NCBI GenBank assembly: GCA_036566325.1
Contig: DATCWO010000076.1
Location: 1 to 31,543 of the forward strand
Reading direction: 5' to 3'
Length of the DNA stretch: 31,543 nucleotides
DNA from: Burkholderiales bacterium
GTDB taxonomy: Bacteria; Pseudomonadota; Gammaproteobacteria; Burkholderiales; SG8-39
Positions 30,928-31,543 of the stretch are shown here, one piece after another. Numbering within the stretch: position 1 is the stretch's first letter; every line of letters begins with the position of its first letter. A program made the position numbers and the translations under genes. Below the pieces are notes generated by a model that was not told where the DNA came from, did no database searches, and saw nothing but the letters and a program-made list of their open reading frames with translations.

Positions 30928-31543
30928 ATGAAAAAGGCGGCATTGGGAATATGCGTATTGGCGGCGGCGCTAACGGTGGCAATGCCCGTTCAGGCCGAGG
31001 AAGAAGGGCCGTTCATGGTCCGTCTGCGTCTGGTGAATATGCAGGTCGATAACGGCAACAGCCCGAACGCGGCGGCGGGCGAGGTGGAGGTGGACGACAA
31101 GGTCTTCCCGGAAATCGACTTCTCGTATTTCTTCACTCCCAATCTGGCTGCGGAACTGGTGCTGACCTATCCGCTCAAGCACGATGTAAAACTGGGCGGC
31201 ACCGATATCGGTAGTATCAAACGCCTGCCGCCGAGCCTGCTGTTGCAGCATCACTTCACGCCGGGCGAGCGTTTTAAACCTTATGTTGGCGCGGGTCTTA
31301 ACTACACTCATTTTTCCAGCGTCGATCTGGATGTTCCCGGCGCCGATATCGATCGCCGTAGCTTCGGGGTTGCGTTGCAGGCGGGTGTCGATATTCGTCT
31401 GGCCAAGCACTGGTATCTCAACTTCGACGTGAAATATATCGACATCGATACCGATGTGAGCGTGAACGGAACAAAACTCACCACGCTGGAAGTGGATCCG
31501 ATGCTGTACAACATCGGCATCGGCTATCGTTTCCAGGCGCGCG
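30928..31543 (+). CDS. ompW: OmpW-family outer membrane beta-barrel protein (no stop codon within the window; absent from ORF track)
   Basis: Manual translation: MKKAALGICVLAAALTVAMPVQA signal, PEIDFSYFFTPNLAAELVLTYP, LPPSLLLQHHF, FKPYVGAGLNYT, QAGVDI, NFDVKYIDIDTDV, VDPMLYNIGIGYRF; RBS GAGG/GGAG upstream. Confidence 0.93.
   Translation, partial: MKKAALGICVLAAALTVAMPVQAEEEGPFMVRLRLVNMQVDNGNSPNAAAGEVEVDDKVFPEIDFSYFFTPNLAAELVLTYPLKHDVKLGGTDIGSIKRLPPSLLLQHHFTPGERFKPYVGAGLNYTHFSSVDLDVPGADIDRRSFGVALQAGVDIRLAKHWYLNFDVKYIDIDTDVSVNGTKLTTLEVDPMLYNIGIGYRFQAR

Overview
This window is the replication-origin region of a betaproteobacterial chromosome; the gene order and absence of recF between dnaN and gyrB suggest a Rhodocyclales/Nitrosomonadales-like lineage (inference). 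Left arm (minus strand): mnmG (5' part only), parS, mnmE, yidC, yidD, rnpA, rpmH. Then dnaA-dnaN-gyrB (plus), with DnaA boxes upstream of, inside and downstream of dnaA. A minus-strand LysM/TsaP-like gene-dprA-smg-topB block converges on gyrB. A plus-strand run follows: def-fmt-htpX, then rsmB-DUF4390-ntrY-like kinase-ntrX-like regulator-trkA-trkH. The right end has a minus-strand metH-Rid-lipoprotein cluster and a divergent ompW that runs off the window. It is core genome: I see no mobile elements, CRISPR arrays, rRNA or tRNA genes, and no new multi-gene system. The most novel-looking signal is non-coding: a structured metH leader with mutually exclusive terminator and antiterminator that I cannot assign to a known riboswitch class. 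Others: a periodic DnaA-box array plus CAT triplets between dnaA and dnaN, Phe at the GyrB Ser464-equivalent site, a pseudo-ATPase NtrX, a possibly leaderless rsmB, and an FNR-box OmpW extending past its usual terminal Phe. All family calls come from motif recognition by eye; no database search was run.
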